From positions 1 to 38,948 of the forward strand of contig NW_021835923.1 of the NCBI RefSeq assembly GCF_006345805.1: a DNA stretch of 38,948 nt. The letters run 5' to 3'. The notes below the pieces were generated by a model. It searched no databases and was not told where the DNA came from. It saw nothing but the letters and a program-made list of their open reading frames with translations. A program made the position numbers and the translations under genes. The DNA comes from Octopus sinensis (taxonomy: Eukaryota). This document shows, one piece after another, positions 1 to 13,122 of the stretch (position 1 is its first letter; the number at the start of each line of letters is the position of its first letter).

Positions 1-94
1 GTTGATGTTGACGTGCAGATCATCTCTAAAAGGACATACGTATGATGCAAACATGGCCGGTCCGCTATTTTCTTTTCTTCCTTTTGCTAGAGTT

Positions 95-485
95 CGTCTT
101 TCACTTGTTTCACTCAGTGGACTCCGGCCATGCTGGAGCACCACCTTGAAGGGTTTTAGTGGTATAGATCAATCCTTGTACTTATAATTTTTTAAGCCTG
201 GTATTTAACCTTTAAAACCGCTAGATTACGGTTGTCAAGTGGTGTTGGCAACAAACACAAAGACATACGCGCGCACACCAACACACACACACACACACAC
301 ACCACGCACGCACACACACACACGCACGCACACACACACGCGCGCGCACACACACACATATCGGGCTTCTTTCAGTTTCTGTCTACCAAATTCACTTACA
401 AGGCGCTCCGGGGTAGTTAGTAGAAGACATTTGAACCCGAAACTACGTGGTTACAAATTTTCTCAACCACGCCATCTTGCGTGTG
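95..485 (-). mobile_element. tRNA-derived SINE, family A (long, with internal CA microsatellite)
   Basis: Reverse-complement match to the copy at 16955-17573 (gccatgctggagcacc tail; gggcttctttcagtttctgtctaccaaa body). Confidence 0.8.
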
Positions 486-2111
486 CCACCTGTGAATAAA
501 ATAATAAAAGAACACGAAGACACTAAGCAATACGTCATTCATTTGTTTATCTGGCAGTGAGAGCTGAACAAGATTTCGTATCTATTTCTCGCGCTCATAC
601 GACTGCGTAGTGGTTGTCCCTCGTTACTTCATCCTGTTTAATGTTCTTTTTGTGATGTTCGTGCTCGTGTTTAACTCCTTAATAATAAGAGTTATACTAA
701 ACCAATGAGTGGATCTACGATCAGCTGACTGAGCCCTTTACTCACATGTGTTCCAGACGTGTAGCTTCTATCTTCTTTGTTCTATCTCCCAGGCTCATTG
801 GGCCCAAAACAATACCGTCTCATTTACTTTCACTTACATCGTTTCATTTGCAGTCGAATATGGTCAGAATGTGATTTAGTTGCAAATCTTGCTCATCAGG
901 TGATCGTGTAGAGGCTTTCTCACTTTGCTCCTTGTTTTCAGGTTAACAGCCTAATAGCAGGAATGTTTTAATTTGCTTAAACCAGAAATTTCAACCAAGC
1001 TACTCAACATCTGGCTTCTTATGCACAGAGGCGAAAGATACAATAATAAAAGATGATATGGAGAGCAGAACCGGTTGAGCAGTTAAGAAAACGTTTCGCG
1101 GTGTTAAAATTACTTCTTTCTCCTGAATTCTGGACGATGCATAGCCAAGAATGTAAGTGTTGGTCTCACAGTCGTTAGGTCAACTTCGATTCCTGGACTG
1201 AGCTGTGCTTAAGCTGTGCTTAAGCAATATACACCATTACGCGTTGCTCTAGTGTACTTGTTTGTAAATTAGTACCCTTTCAATACCTGTACAGATCTTT
1301 CTGCCAGCCATTTTTCACATCATGGATGTTTCTTGAGTTCAAGAACGGAAGGGCCAAGCAAATATCTCTGTGTTCTCGCCACCACATACGCAAATACAGC
1401 AATTTACGAAACATAGCTACTCCGCCGGATCATAGTCACTTACGACTGCCGGCTGATTTTTTTCCCTATTCTGTTCAAAGATCAGTCCTTGTTGGTACCT
1501 TTCTTTATTAAGGATCGATAAGATAAATAACCAGTAAACTACGAGGGCTGATTCAATTGACCGTTACATCCACACTACGTCGCATCTTCATAATCAAATC
1601 TGCGAACTCGTTCCTTAATATACTTTAACTTCCATTCATAATTTGAAAACGGAGACATTGATTCCCTTCCTCGCTTCATTGCCCTACCGTTATCAAACAA
1701 TATGCCCTTTATCTTTTAACTTTTCCTTGTTTTAATCAGTGGACTGATCTTAGTCTAACGAATCAACTCCATAGTATCAACTGGTAAATTCTAAGTGTTT
1801 CACATATCATATACATTATTGCATTAATATGACCCAACAGTAGTTGTTCAGCTGCTCGTCTTCAGGTGAGTCGGTTATTTATATGTTATCTAAAAACAGT
1901 TTGACTCAGTTCCATGTGACTTAAAGTTTCCCAGGCTCGTGGAACGAAGCTATCTCGTCAGGCATACAGAGGAAGAGTTACATTTATAGATCGCTAACAA
2001 TATAAGTTCGTCTTACAAGCTTACGAAACTTTAAGTCAAATGGAGTTGATTCAAACTGTTATTAAATAAAATATTCAACTCCTAACAAATGTGTTGAGTT
2101 ACTTTTTACGT

Positions 2112-2220
2112 TTATCCATTCATACGCATATATATGTGTGTGCGTATGTGTGTGTATGTATGTGTGTGTGAGTATGTGTGTGTGTGTACACATATATTTG
2201 TATGTGTGTATGTATGCATG
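2112..2220. repeat. (GT/AT)n compound microsatellite
   Basis: Visible dinucleotide repeats. Confidence 0.9.
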
Positions 2221-2516
2221 TACCTAACTCTATCCCTTTCCTTCCTTTTTCTCTCTTTCTCATACCTCCTTAATTCTTTAATCCCTCTGCCCCTACCGCT
2301 CCCCTCTCCTTCAACTACCATCCGTGTAGCATCTCTTATATTCCTTCCCTTGACTTTCAGCTCCTATGTTCTTGCCGTAAGGCTTCACTTCCACACATGC
2401 CAGCTTAATTTAATTCATCCTTAGTCGAAAGACACCTGTTGTTAATGTCCTGTTCTTTGTATTTGTACTTGTGTACTATTTCTCTGTTTTTTTCCCTTGT
2501 TTTCGTATACATTCAC

Positions 2517-2619
2517 TTGCTTTCTTCCAAAGAATCTAGTTCTCTTAACTTAGATTTTTTGGGGGACGGCCAGATTGGAGTGTAACCGGTCGAAACTACA
2601 ACGGCCATCTGGTAATCGA
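2517..2619 (-). CDS. Candidate internal exon of an unknown gene (DYQMAVVVSTGYTPIWPSPKKSKLRELDSLEES)
   Basis: Acceptor tgctttctttcgtcag, donor gtgaat, 103 nt open in phase 1 to 2, non-repetitive. No recognised homology. Confidence 0.25.
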
Positions 2620-2744
2620 CTGACGAAAGAAAGCACCTAATCACCCGTCCTCGTTTTTTCCTGTCCTTTTTAGTATCGTCTAACTGTCTAGATGATTTGT
2701 TGTTGGCTATTACATTTTTGTTACATTTTTTGTTTTTGTTTTTC

Positions 2745-2927
2745 TGTATACACATATATACACACGCACACAGTATACAGATACGCACACATACACACAC
2801 AGATGCAGATACATTAACGTATCTATAAAATTTATATTATATACATGCATGTATATGTATGTGTGAATGTATATATATATTCATATATACATATATACAC
2901 ATATATATATAATATATATATATATAT

Positions 2928-2971
<44 letters not shown>

Positions 2972-3024
2972 TATATATATATGTATGCATATATGTATAT
3001 GTATGCATATATGTATATGTATGC

Positions 3025-3069
<45 letters not shown>

Positions 3070-3284
3070 GCATATATGTATACGTATGCATATATATATA
3101 TATATATACATACACACACACACACCATATGTACACACACACATACACACACACATATATATATACATATAATTGTTAAAGAGGACGTCAGACATTAAGA
3201 CAAGACAAACATTTCAAGTCATATACAATGCTTTTACAGGAAAAAATTCAAAATCTTACAGGTGCGAACTGAACCCCCATAATT

Positions 3285-3324
<40 letters not shown>

Positions 3325-3374
3325 CATACATACATACATACATACATACATACATACATACATACATACATACA

Positions 3375-3407
<33 letters not shown>

Positions 3408-3420
3408 GCATACATATATG
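2745..3420. repeat. (AT)n, (CA)n and (TACA)n microsatellite cluster
   Basis: Visible repeats. Confidence 0.95.
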
Positions 3421-3774
3421 AAACAAATGAGACCGATGCAGAAGGGAACATGGAAGACAGAGAAGAAGAGCTCCAGCAACAGGAACAACACGAAGAACGT
3501 AGATAACATAAAGAAGAAAACAAAACGCAAAAATCATAACGAAACGTACCGACATTTAAAGAAGAAAACAAAAAAAGAGTGAAAGAAAACAAGCAAAAAC
3601 AAAATCTTAGAAATACACTCCTCCCTCCCTCTCTCGCTCTTTGTTATAAAAAGGAGAGGAAGGAAAGGTGAATGGAATTAATGTTAAACTCTTATTTGAC
3701 GTTATTTAAGCGAGGTGTTAGCGTAATTAGATGTAAAAGTGAGAATATGATGTTACGTATTAGATAGCAGCTAC

Positions 3775-4815
3775 TTGTCTTACAAAGGTGTAGTGTTATT
3801 GAGAGAGGAAGAGGGAGAGAGGGGGAGAAGGAAAGAGAGAGGGTGAATGAGTGAGAGGGAGAGAGAGAGAGGGGGGGAAATTTGTGGAAAATAAAGTGAA
3901 GGGGGTAATGAGAGTGATAGAGGGTGAGAGAAGAGAGAGAAAGTTTGATACAAAGGGAGAGAAAAAATGGAAGTGATAAAATGGTGAGAGAGAGAGAGAG
4001 GCTTGGAGAGTAGAAGGTGAGGGAGAGATAGATAGATAGAGAGATAGAGAGGATGGATGAGGAAGTAGCAAGTGAAGGAGAGAGAGAGAGAGAGAGAGTG
4101 ATAGAGAGAAATTTTGAGAGACAAAAAGTGAGAGGAAAGGGAAGGGTGAAAAGAGTGAGAGAGAGATTATGCGGATAGACAGAGAGTGGGGGAGGGAGTA
4201 GTAGGTGAGTGACAGAAGATAGTGAGAGAGCGAGAGGGAGAGAAAGAGTTACTGAAAGAGAGAAGAAGAGAGAAAAAGAGAATGTGAGAGACAGGGAGGG
4301 AAACACGACAATAAGAAAATAGAGAGAGAGAAGATATGCAAAGTGCGAGAGGACAGAGGAGATGTATGCAAAGTAAAACAGAAAGAAAATAGGGAGAGAG
4401 AGGGGAGAGAGAAAGGGGGATAAGAAAGAGAGAGGAAGTGGAGGGGGAGAATGAGTAATAGAGGGCAGGGGTACGTGACAATAAGACACTGAGAAAGAGA
4501 GAGGAAATGAGAGAAAGAGAGAGATAGAAGAACCATGTGCGAGAGAGAGAGAGAGAGAGAGTAATATGGTGTTCAGGCTGTGAATGGGAAAGGAATATAG
4601 AGGAAGATATATGGAGAGTAAGAGAAAGAGAGAGAAAACTCTAACGAGGAAAAGAAAGGTGGGAATAGCACTGACGGCCTGGAGTGAGAGAGAGAAAGAG
4701 AAATACAGAGGGAGAAGGAGAGATGAGTGAGAGAGATGCTGTGAGATATTGTGAGAGTCGGTTAGGGAGAGTTAGAGAGAAAGGGTGAGACTGCAAGAAG
4801 AGAAAACTATAGAGA
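3775..4815 (+). repeat. About 1 kb GA-rich polypurine low-complexity tract
   Basis: Mostly G/A on the + strand with (GA)n runs. Confidence 0.9.
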
Positions 4816-4890
4816 AGAGTCGGGAGGAATTCATGAGTCAATTGCGAAACTTATGAAATATTTAGGTTCTTTGTGTGAATAAAACGGCAG

Positions 4891-4994
4891 GTGTGGCTGT
4901 TTGATTAAGAAGCTTGGCTTCCGCGCTTTCAGACCAATTGGGTTTGGGTTCAGTCCCGCAGCGTGGCAACTTAAATGTCCTCAACTATGGCCTC
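4891..4994 (+). mobile_element. SINE family A head fragment
   Basis: A-box-like tggctgtttgatt and B-box-like gggttcagtccc; similar to 16955-17050. Confidence 0.7.
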
Positions 4995-5419
4995 CACTTC
5001 ATTCATTTCCTCCCTTATCCTACTCTACCTCTCCTTCCTACTTCCAGTCTTCTCTTTACCTCACACCTCTACTTTTCCTAATTTCGTTCTTCTCTATCTT
5101 CATTTTCCTTTACTCCTCCTATTATTTTTTTCTCCATACAATGTGTGTCCTTCTCCCTCCCTTCAACAAAATACTTATACACAGCGTGTGCAAGTACAAC
5201 CAGTCTGCTCAGAAGAAACAAAAGCTGAAACATCTGGCCAAGTTATAACGAAACAATGCATCTAATATAACTACTATATCTATAACACAGTTCTTATCTA
5301 ATATTGTGCTGGTCGACGTTTAGTAAACAGCATTTTCTTTATTAGATTATGTCTCTCTTTGCAGGTCTGTATGTCTGTCCGTTTGTCTCTCCGTTGCTCT
5401 TCGCTTTCTCAGTAAGCAT

Positions 5420-5498
5420 TCATACATATACACGTGTGTGTGGGTGTGTATATGTGTGTTTCTTTGTATGTGTATATATGTATAATATATATATTAAA

Positions 5499-5531
<33 letters not shown>

Positions 5532-5890
5532 ATACATATATATATATATACATATATATATGCATACATACATACATACATACATATATATATATATATA
5601 CATATATATGCATGTATATCAATAGTCATATGTATATATTATGCATGGATGAACGTAGATAACCATGTATATATGTATGCATATCACATGTGAGCACGTG
5701 CGTAGTGTGTGCTCATGTACATATATATATGTAAGTTAGTTGTTCTCTTTCTCGTATCAGATAAAACAAAGAGCACTCACACAATGAAACAAACACATTC
5801 TCACACACAAACACACACACACATACACTGGTACACATAGAAGCGACCTAATACATACATAGATGCATATATATATATATATATATATTC
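5420..5890. repeat. (AT)/(TACA)/(CA) microsatellites
   Basis: Visible repeats. Confidence 0.9.
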
Positions 5891-6099
5891 TTTTCCCGCA
5901 TACTATATAATTTTCCTATTAATGGTCACCACACATTCTCCACTAATCTGCGATTTGTAAATCTCAGAGAATAAAAGAACCCAGCTGCCTCGTCTTTCGA
6001 AATTCAATTGTCTTGGAGCGTTCACACACTTGCGTTCGATTTGCAATTTTCTTTACAAGCTCGCTTACTTAGGGACTTAAATAGAAGTACATTCATGCC

Positions 6100-6250
6100 T
6101 ATATATATTTGTATATGTATATGCTTATGTAGAAGCGGAAATGTATGTATAGAAATAAATACATATACACAAATGCATGCACACACATGTATGTGCGTGC
6201 GTATTATATACGCATACACACAGATATATACATATGTATATGTTTAAACT

Positions 6251-6281
<31 letters not shown>

Positions 6282-6545
6282 GGATCTCTGTGTATGCATG
6301 TATTGTTATGTGAATAGGCATGTATAAACACACACATATATATACGTATGTATGTATGTATGTATGTATGTATGTATGCGAGTGTGTGTGTCGGTATTTA
6401 TGATTTATGTATATATAATTGAATATGTATGCGTACTGTATTGGATGTATTCGTGTGTGCACGTCTTTCTCTCTCTCTCTCTCTCTCTATCTCTATCTCT
6501 TTCTCTCTCCCTCTCTCTATCTCTTTCTCTCTCTCTCTCTCGTGT
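6100..6545. repeat. (AT)/(GTAT)/(CT) microsatellites
   Basis: Visible repeats. Confidence 0.9.
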
Positions 6546-6701
6546 ATGTGTCTGTGTGCGCGATCGCGCATGAGTGAGTGTATTATGCCTCGTCTTCATG
6601 GATTTTGCACATACGTTGGCAAAACGAAGACGAAACACAACTGTCACCTTTTATGGTATAAAACATTGGGTCATCCCATTAATAATGCTGACGATTCTGC
6701 C

Positions 6702-6897
6702 AGGCACAAGACTTGAAATTGTGAGGGATGGGGTTAGTCAAATTCGTCGATCCCAAGGCTCAGCTGGTACTTATTTGATTGATCTCGAAGGGACGAAAGG
6801 CAAAGTCGATGGAATATGAACTTAGAATGCATAGCCAGAAGAAATGCCACTAAGTATATTGTCCGGCGTGCTAAAAATTTTGCCAGGTCAAGGCCTC
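6702..6897 (-). mobile_element. SINE family D, diverged copy
   Basis: Core ctggtacttattt...cgaagggacgaaaggcaaagtcga is shared with 25801-26029. Confidence 0.75.
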
Positions 6898-6924
6898 TAG
6901 CGTTTTAAATAATGCTTTTTATTA

Positions 6925-7110
6925 TAGGCGCAAGATCTAAAATTCTGGAGTGTGGGGGAGCTGGTACTTATTTCATCAATCACCGAAAGGATGAAAGGCA
7001 AAGTTAACCTCAGTGGAATATGAACTCAGAACGTAAAGGCGGACGAAATGCACGCTCAGCATTTTGTCCGGCGTGCAAACGATTTTGAAGCTCGACGCCT
7101 TAAGCGTCTT
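6925..7110 (-). mobile_element. SINE family D copy, tandem with the preceding copy
   Basis: ctggtacttatttcatc...gaaaggatgaaaggcaaagttaacctc...tgaactcagaacgta. Confidence 0.8.
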
Positions 7111-7147
7111 ATAAAATGGAACGCAGCTACAAAATAACATACATCTG

Positions 7148-7660
7148 ATTTCTTAAGGTTCCGAGGGGATGATGATGATGATGATGATGATGATGAAGAA
7201 AGGGAAGAAGAAGAAGAAGAAGAAGAAGAAGAAGAAAAAGAAGAAGAAAAAGAAGAACAAGAAGAAAAAGAAGAACAATAAGAAAAAGAGAACAGAAGAA
7301 AAGAAGAAAAAGAAGACAAGAAGAAGAAGAAGAAAGAAGAAGAAGAAAAGAACGAAAAAGAAGAAAAAGAAAAGAAGAAAAGAAGAACAAGAAGAAAAAG
7401 AAGAACAAGAAGAAGAAAAGAAAAGAAGAAGAGAAGAAGAAGAAAAAAAGAAAAAGAAAAGAAGAAGAATAAGAAAAAGCGAAGAAGAAGAAAAGAAGAA
7501 CAAAAGAAGAAGAAGGAAAGAAGAAGAAGAAGAGAAGAAGAAGAAAAAGAAGAAGAAAAAGAAGAAGAGGAAGAAAAGAAGAACAAGAAGAAAAAGAAGA
7601 ACAAGAAGAAGAAGAAGGAAAAGAAGAAGAAGAAGAAGAAGAACAACAACAACATGAGAG
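7148..7660 (+). repeat. (GAT)n-(GAA)n-(CAA)n compound trinucleotide tract
   Basis: Visible repeats. Confidence 0.95.
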
Positions 7661-7864
7661 ATCATGACGAAGACAACACCACCGAGAGCATCGGCGACAA
7701 CAAAAACAACGAAAGCAACAAACAACCGTTCTATCCAGTCTCCCGTCTTCTCAAGTGTGTGTGTGTTGTGCTTTGTGGTTTTGTGTTTCCGTGTAAAATG
7801 ATGCAGTTTTACATCCATTATGCTGTCTTGAATTAGAGTGAAATCGTCCTCTCTTCTTAATTTT

Positions 7865-7932
7865 ATACACACACACACACACACAGGTATGTACATACAT
7901 ACATACGTACATCACATACATACATACATACA

Positions 7933-7968
<36 letters not shown>

Positions 7969-7981
7969 TATTATTATATAC

Positions 7982-8020
<39 letters not shown>

Positions 8021-8273
8021 GTATATATATATATAGTCTTCTTCAAAATAGTTACGAAAATTTGGTAAACAAGGTTTTGCTTGCTTTTGGCCAAGTTTCA
8101 GCTACTTGGTCAGTGTAATTGGAATGCCAACATTTTGAGAGATATCATTATATCACTACCATGTGATATTCTTATGCGTATGATCTATACATATGTATAT
8201 ATGTATGGATGTATGTGTAGCTACGTTTGTATGTACGTATGTTTACACGCAAACACGGACATGTACGTATGTA

Positions 8274-8324
<51 letters not shown>

Positions 8325-8345
8325 ATTTATATATAATATATATAT

Positions 8346-8379
<34 letters not shown>

Positions 8380-8470
8380 ATATATGATTGTATGTACATA
8401 CGTGTGTCTATGTGCGAGTGAGGTGCTAGGTAGGTAAGTAAGTAAGTAGGTAGGTAGGTAGGTGTCTACC
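7865..8470. repeat. (CA)/(TACA)/(AT)/(ATCT)/(GTAG) microsatellites
   Basis: Visible repeats. Confidence 0.9.
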
Positions 8471-8473
8471 TAC

Positions 8474-8514
8474 GTTGGCATAATGCGACCTCGTGCCATG
8501 ATAAGAAATTAAGA
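8474..8514 (-). CDS. Candidate 41-nt exon of unknown gene
   Basis: Acceptor gtttttggtttccag and donor gtaggt; two open frames (LISYHGTRSHYAN or LNFLSWHEVALCQ). Confidence 0.12.
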
Positions 8515-8699
8515 CTGGAAACCAAAAACATCGAGTAGAGACACACCAAGACAGAGCTTTGAACAAAATGATATTACTTCACAGTACTGAGTGCGTTTTT
8601 TTTCACTAAATTACAATTGACACCAGTGTACAAACGTCTGACAAAACTTTCTAGCAAAGCAAAAAAAGAAAAAGAAAGAAAGGATAAAAGAAATCAATA

Positions 8700-9460
8700 T
8701 TCCAATGACTTCTTGCCTGTTTGGTTGCCAAAATTACTTGGGATCTCATTTCGTTATGGTGTATGTGGATGGTTTTTCAGATTCTTGCTCACTCACCTTA
8801 CCTCTTCTTGGTGGCTTCGCTCAACACTTCGAGTGTTTAAATATATCGTTCATTGTCCACGGTACTGCCAGAAAGTGAAGGCGAATGACACCCTTGTTAT
8901 TCTAGGAAACAGCATGACTTTCTTAGGGATTTCTAGTTCTTGACCTTCTTAACCCTTGGAGAAAGGATGTAACATCATTCAATAGATTCAGCTTTCGTTT
9001 TCAGATCATAAAATTAGACCCCTTTTTCATTCCCCTGCCAGAAAAAGTAAAGAAGAAACTTGTATCTTCATGACTTCAAATACTTCCAACAGATCCCTTC
9101 AGACTTCCAGCTTTCAAATCTAATTTCAGCTTTCAAAGCTTCCATTTTTCACACGTTTTGTGATGCCCAATAGTCTTCTGTCGTCTCCTGTAATGCATTG
9201 TGACTACAGTCCAGCTGCACAGAAGTTCACGGAGTGTGACTCGTCTGTTCGCCCGAATGACTTCGTTCATTGGCCGCCGATTAAAGTCACTGCTCTCCCA
9301 CTGATTTGCTCTGTTTTTAAAATTCATCCATCTGTACATATTGATTTTGTCAACGCTGTCATCCCCGTAAACAGCTCATAGCCTCCTGTGGATGTGAGTC
9401 AGCCTATCGCTGGAACAATGCAAAGACGGCACATTACTTCCGATTGGAAACGTTATTTGA
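8700..9460 (-). pseudogene. Decayed mariner transposase
   Basis: Manual translation across frameshifts gives IHRRL*AVYGDDSVDKINMYRWMNF, NEVIRANRRVTLREL, KKVML and STVDNERYI*TLEVL, which are typical mariner segments. Confidence 0.75.
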
Positions 9461-9592
9461 CTGCAATGATAAAGAACGAGAGGAAGCGTTACTGAGAAGA
9501 AATGTTGGTGCAATTTGAATGAGGTGTGTCTTTGGGTTTTTATTCTGTACTAAAACAGACTACTTCATTGGGTTGATTATATAGATTACATA

Positions 9593-9923
9593 TGTGAAGG
9601 TGCATGGTTCAGTGATTAGAGCATTGAGTTTACAATCTTGTGGTTGTGAGTTCAATTTCCTGACCGGGCTGAATGTTGTGTTCTTGAGCAAGCACTTTAG
9701 TTCATGTTGTTCCAGTTCACTAAATTGTAAAAATGAGCTGCGATGTTACTGGTGCCACGCTGTATTGCTCCTTGGCTTTCCTTGAATAACATCGGAGAGA
9801 GGAGAATGGTATGCATGGGTGACTGCTGGTCTTCAACAAATAACCTGTCTGGGCTTGTACTTGGGTGGAGAACTTTCTAGGTGCAATCCTATGGTCATTC
9901 GTGACTGAAGAGGGCCTTTACCC
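9593..9923 (+). mobile_element. tRNA-head SINE with CORE-like domain
   Basis: A-box tggttcagtgatt, B-box gagttcaatttcc, then gttgtgttcttgagcaagcacttta. Confidence 0.7.
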
Positions 9924-9990
9924 AAACCCTATAAATGTAAATAATTAAACCAAGTTGTGGTTATATAGTTTCAGCAATTGGAAACCCCAG

Positions 9991-10046
9991 TCCGAAAGTG
10001 ATTGAAAAATAAAAGTAAAAGTTTTTATTTTTCAATCACTTTCGGA
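9991..10046. other. Perfect inverted repeat, 24-bp stem with 8-nt loop
   Basis: tccgaaagtgattgaaaaataaaa (9991-10014), loop gtaaaagt, ttttatttttcaatcactttcgga (10023-10046). Confidence 0.95.
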
Positions 10047-10744
10047 ATTACAACAATTGGTAGCTTGAAGTTTAAGTGCTGTTTCTAGTGAGTCAGATAT
10101 CCTATTCTTTGGGTATATCTTTTGTGTTTGAATGTAACACTGTATTCTTCTCTGAATAATATATAGTTTATTGAATATTTTTTTCCTTCTCCCTAGACCA
10201 CTGGTAACTAAGAATTTTTTCGATAAATATTCTTGCTATCCTAAGATTTTAATTAATGATAAAATGTTTTTTGGTTAATTTTGGAAGAAAATCGGCAATT
10301 TATCTATTTAGTTCCGGTTGAGTTCCGCATCTGCGCGGTGGATTCGAAAAATTAGTACCCATAAACACGTGGCTGATTATTTATCGCTCCGTGTCTATGT
10401 GTTCATTTCTGGCAACCTACTGAAGACGCAGCACCAGATATAGACTGAAATTATTTTATTTCAATCTGTATTTAAGTCTGCAGAAGCCTTGCAGGGTTTA
10501 GGATTAAGGTAAAAGTTTTTATTTTCCAATCACTTTCGGAATTACAACAATTGATGGCTTGGAGTTTAACTGCTCTTTCTAGTGAGTCAGATATCCTATT
10601 CTTTGGGTACCTCTTTTGTGTTTGAATTTATACTGTAATCTTCTCTGAATAATGTATAATCTATTGACTAATGTTTTCCTTCTCGCTAGACCACTGGTAA
10701 CTAAGAATTTTTTCGATAAATATTCTTGCTACCCTAAGATTTTA

Positions 10745-10746
<2 letters not shown>
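10015..10746 (+). repeat. Local direct duplication of about 240 bp (10015-10253 and 10509-10746)
   Basis: Long colinear blocks, e.g. tagtgagtcagatatcctattctttgggta and agaccactggtaactaagaattttttcgataaatattcttgcta. Confidence 0.95.
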
Positions 10747-10839
<93 letters not shown>

Positions 10840-11194
10840 ATATATATATATATATATTTATTTATTTATATATGTATATTTCACTTCCATTTTTAAATTA
10901 GGAGGGAGCTGGTTTCCAACAAAGATACAAAGCTCCAGATTCCATCTTTGGAATGTAGTTAATAAAGCCAAATTCACATTTGGAACTTGAGAAAAGTGTT
11001 GCATATTTTCACTGTTCCACTCACAGGTTGCACTTGTAATGTACGAATTATCCGGTCGATTTCTCTCTCTGAAAATCCTAGTTTATCCAGATTCTCCTTT
11101 ATGTATGCATGCATATATGTATGTATATATGCATGCATGTCTGCATGTATGTATGTATGTATGTATGCATGTATTTTTATCTAATTTGTGTATC

Positions 11195-11365
11195 TTTGTC
11201 TGAGTATTTCACCCTACCATCGTTTGACAACTTGTCTGGTGTTTGTCTGATTCCATCCCTATAACTTAGCAGTTTACCAAAAAATGAATCGATTTGTTCG
11301 CTTAAACACTTCAAGGTGGCATCCTAGCATTGCTGCAGTCTCATGACTGAAATAAGTAAGAGAGA
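11195..11365 (+). mobile_element. SINE family A 3' portion, diverged
   Basis: cgtttgacaac...taacttagcagtt...agcattgctgcagtctcatgactgaaataagtaa is similar to 17390-17573. Confidence 0.6.
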
Positions 11366-12160
11366 AAAAAAAGGTAAGTACAAAAGAAAGAGTAACATAA
11401 TTTTAATCCAATTTGTGTTTTTCGAAATCAGATTTGAAAATTTACATGTTTCTTTCACTCAAATTATAGCTCTCTTTGACATACGTCCCTTCACTCACGT
11501 CTCAAGTCTGACCTCTAGTTAACCTCGTAGTCTCATTCTTCAATAGAGCGAACAGAGTTTTAATTCATATCACAGTTGTTATTATAGAACTTTATATTCC
11601 CTATATAATCAAACCGCTCAATTATTAGCATCTCCATACACTTCTAATATCAAATCAATTTGTTGAAGTATTCCGCATTACTACAATTTCATAATCTTTA
11701 CTCCCACAGATATTACTTCTGTGTATTATTATCCAAAACCTCGATTCTCATCCACGACAAATTTCTTTCTGCCTACCTCCAGTTCATCGCACATTAATAT
11801 AATTCTTCTTTCCATCTATATTAATATCACTTTTAACTTTATAGCGATATGGTCTCCGCTACTTTATTAAATGCTCACAAGGATAACTGCTGTTATCTTG
11901 AATTAAAATTCTCAGAGCACCAAATACCAGAAGCTGGTAAAGTAACACGTTGCTAGAGAACTGAAGTAGGATGCTGTGGTTTTCGTAGGATGTTCACTGT
12001 ATAAGCTTGTGGCTGGGCTTGCAGTTACAGAAGCAGTAAAAGGATGAGCCACAGACTTCATCACCGAATCTACATCGGTTTACCCTCTTTATTTAAAGGT
12101 ACCAGGTGACGGTGGATAAACCATGTAGACCCATGGTTTGTTGCTACTACAAGCTGGCAC

Positions 12161-12240
12161 GTGATAAACCCTAGCCGGATCAACTGATCGACAAATACAA
12201 ACCGGCTTGTGATAAACCCAGCCGGGTCAACTGAGCGACA
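12161..12240 (+). repeat. Two copies of a ~33-bp unit at 48-bp spacing
   Basis: gtgataaaccctagccggatcaactgatcgaca versus gtgataaacccagccgggtcaactgagcgaca. Confidence 0.85.
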
Positions 12241-12609
12241 GAGCTAATATTGAAAGGTCTGAGAATCTCTGTAACCCCAGAAATATTGATATATGCAAAA
12301 GAATGCATGGGGTGTTTTCTTGGAACATTTAAAATATTTTGCACACAACATTTTATCATTTTTTTCAATTTTTCTTCAATTTCGTTCGCTATTATTGTTC
12401 TTTTTTTTTTATTTATGATTTAGATATTTTGGAAAATATTTTGTTTTCTCCTCACAAATCAAGCTCCGTTGAAAATGGATTTTGTCAAACTCCACCTTTT
12501 TACGCGTCTGCTCCGGTAATTTTTTTTCTTTACTTGCTGAGAGGAAGAACCAGAACCAGAACCAGATTACTGCACGCACCCCAATATTATGTTTACGTCA
12601 GATCCTACT

Positions 12610-12610
<1 letters not shown>

Positions 12611-12648
<38 letters not shown>

Positions 12649-12726
12649 TGTATGTGTGTAGGTGTGTGTAATTAAGCACTTATATTCATTACTAGTTGAA
12701 AGTGGTAATATATATATGTATATATA

Positions 12727-12789
<63 letters not shown>

Positions 12790-12980
12790 TATACATAATA
12801 CATATATATATATACATATATATATATTGTATAATGAGCCATCCATACCTACAAAAACACACACACATACATACTTATATACATGCACACAATACATACA
12901 TATATACATACATACATGCGTATGTACGTACATACATGCGTATGTACGTACATATGCGCCCTCAAGCTCACACACATAAT
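12611..12980. repeat. (GT)n/(AT)n/(CA)n microsatellites
   Basis: Visible repeats. Confidence 0.95.
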
Positions 12981-13122
12981 TAAAAAGGAATGTAAGATTG
13001 GTGTAAATGAATACCAAATATCTCTACGTCATGCAACCTTCGCAGCAAGGATCATCAAGAGGTACTAATGAGAGGAAATACCTACAACGAAAGTTCGAAT
13101 CACAACTCTGTCGTCCACTCAC

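Noticed and set aside
1539-1562. tacgagggctgattcaa, resembling a mariner TIR start
   Set aside because: No partner TIR or transposase sequence nearby.
3692-4536. 265-aa Leu/Ser-rich ORF and overlapping ORFs
   Set aside because: Reverse reading of the GA tract.
7056-7896. Long Lys-rich and Phe-rich ORFs
   Set aside because: (GAA)n artefacts.
10415-10455. ctgaaga...gaaa second hammerhead-like motif
   Set aside because: No convincing stem II, stem I or cleavage triplet.
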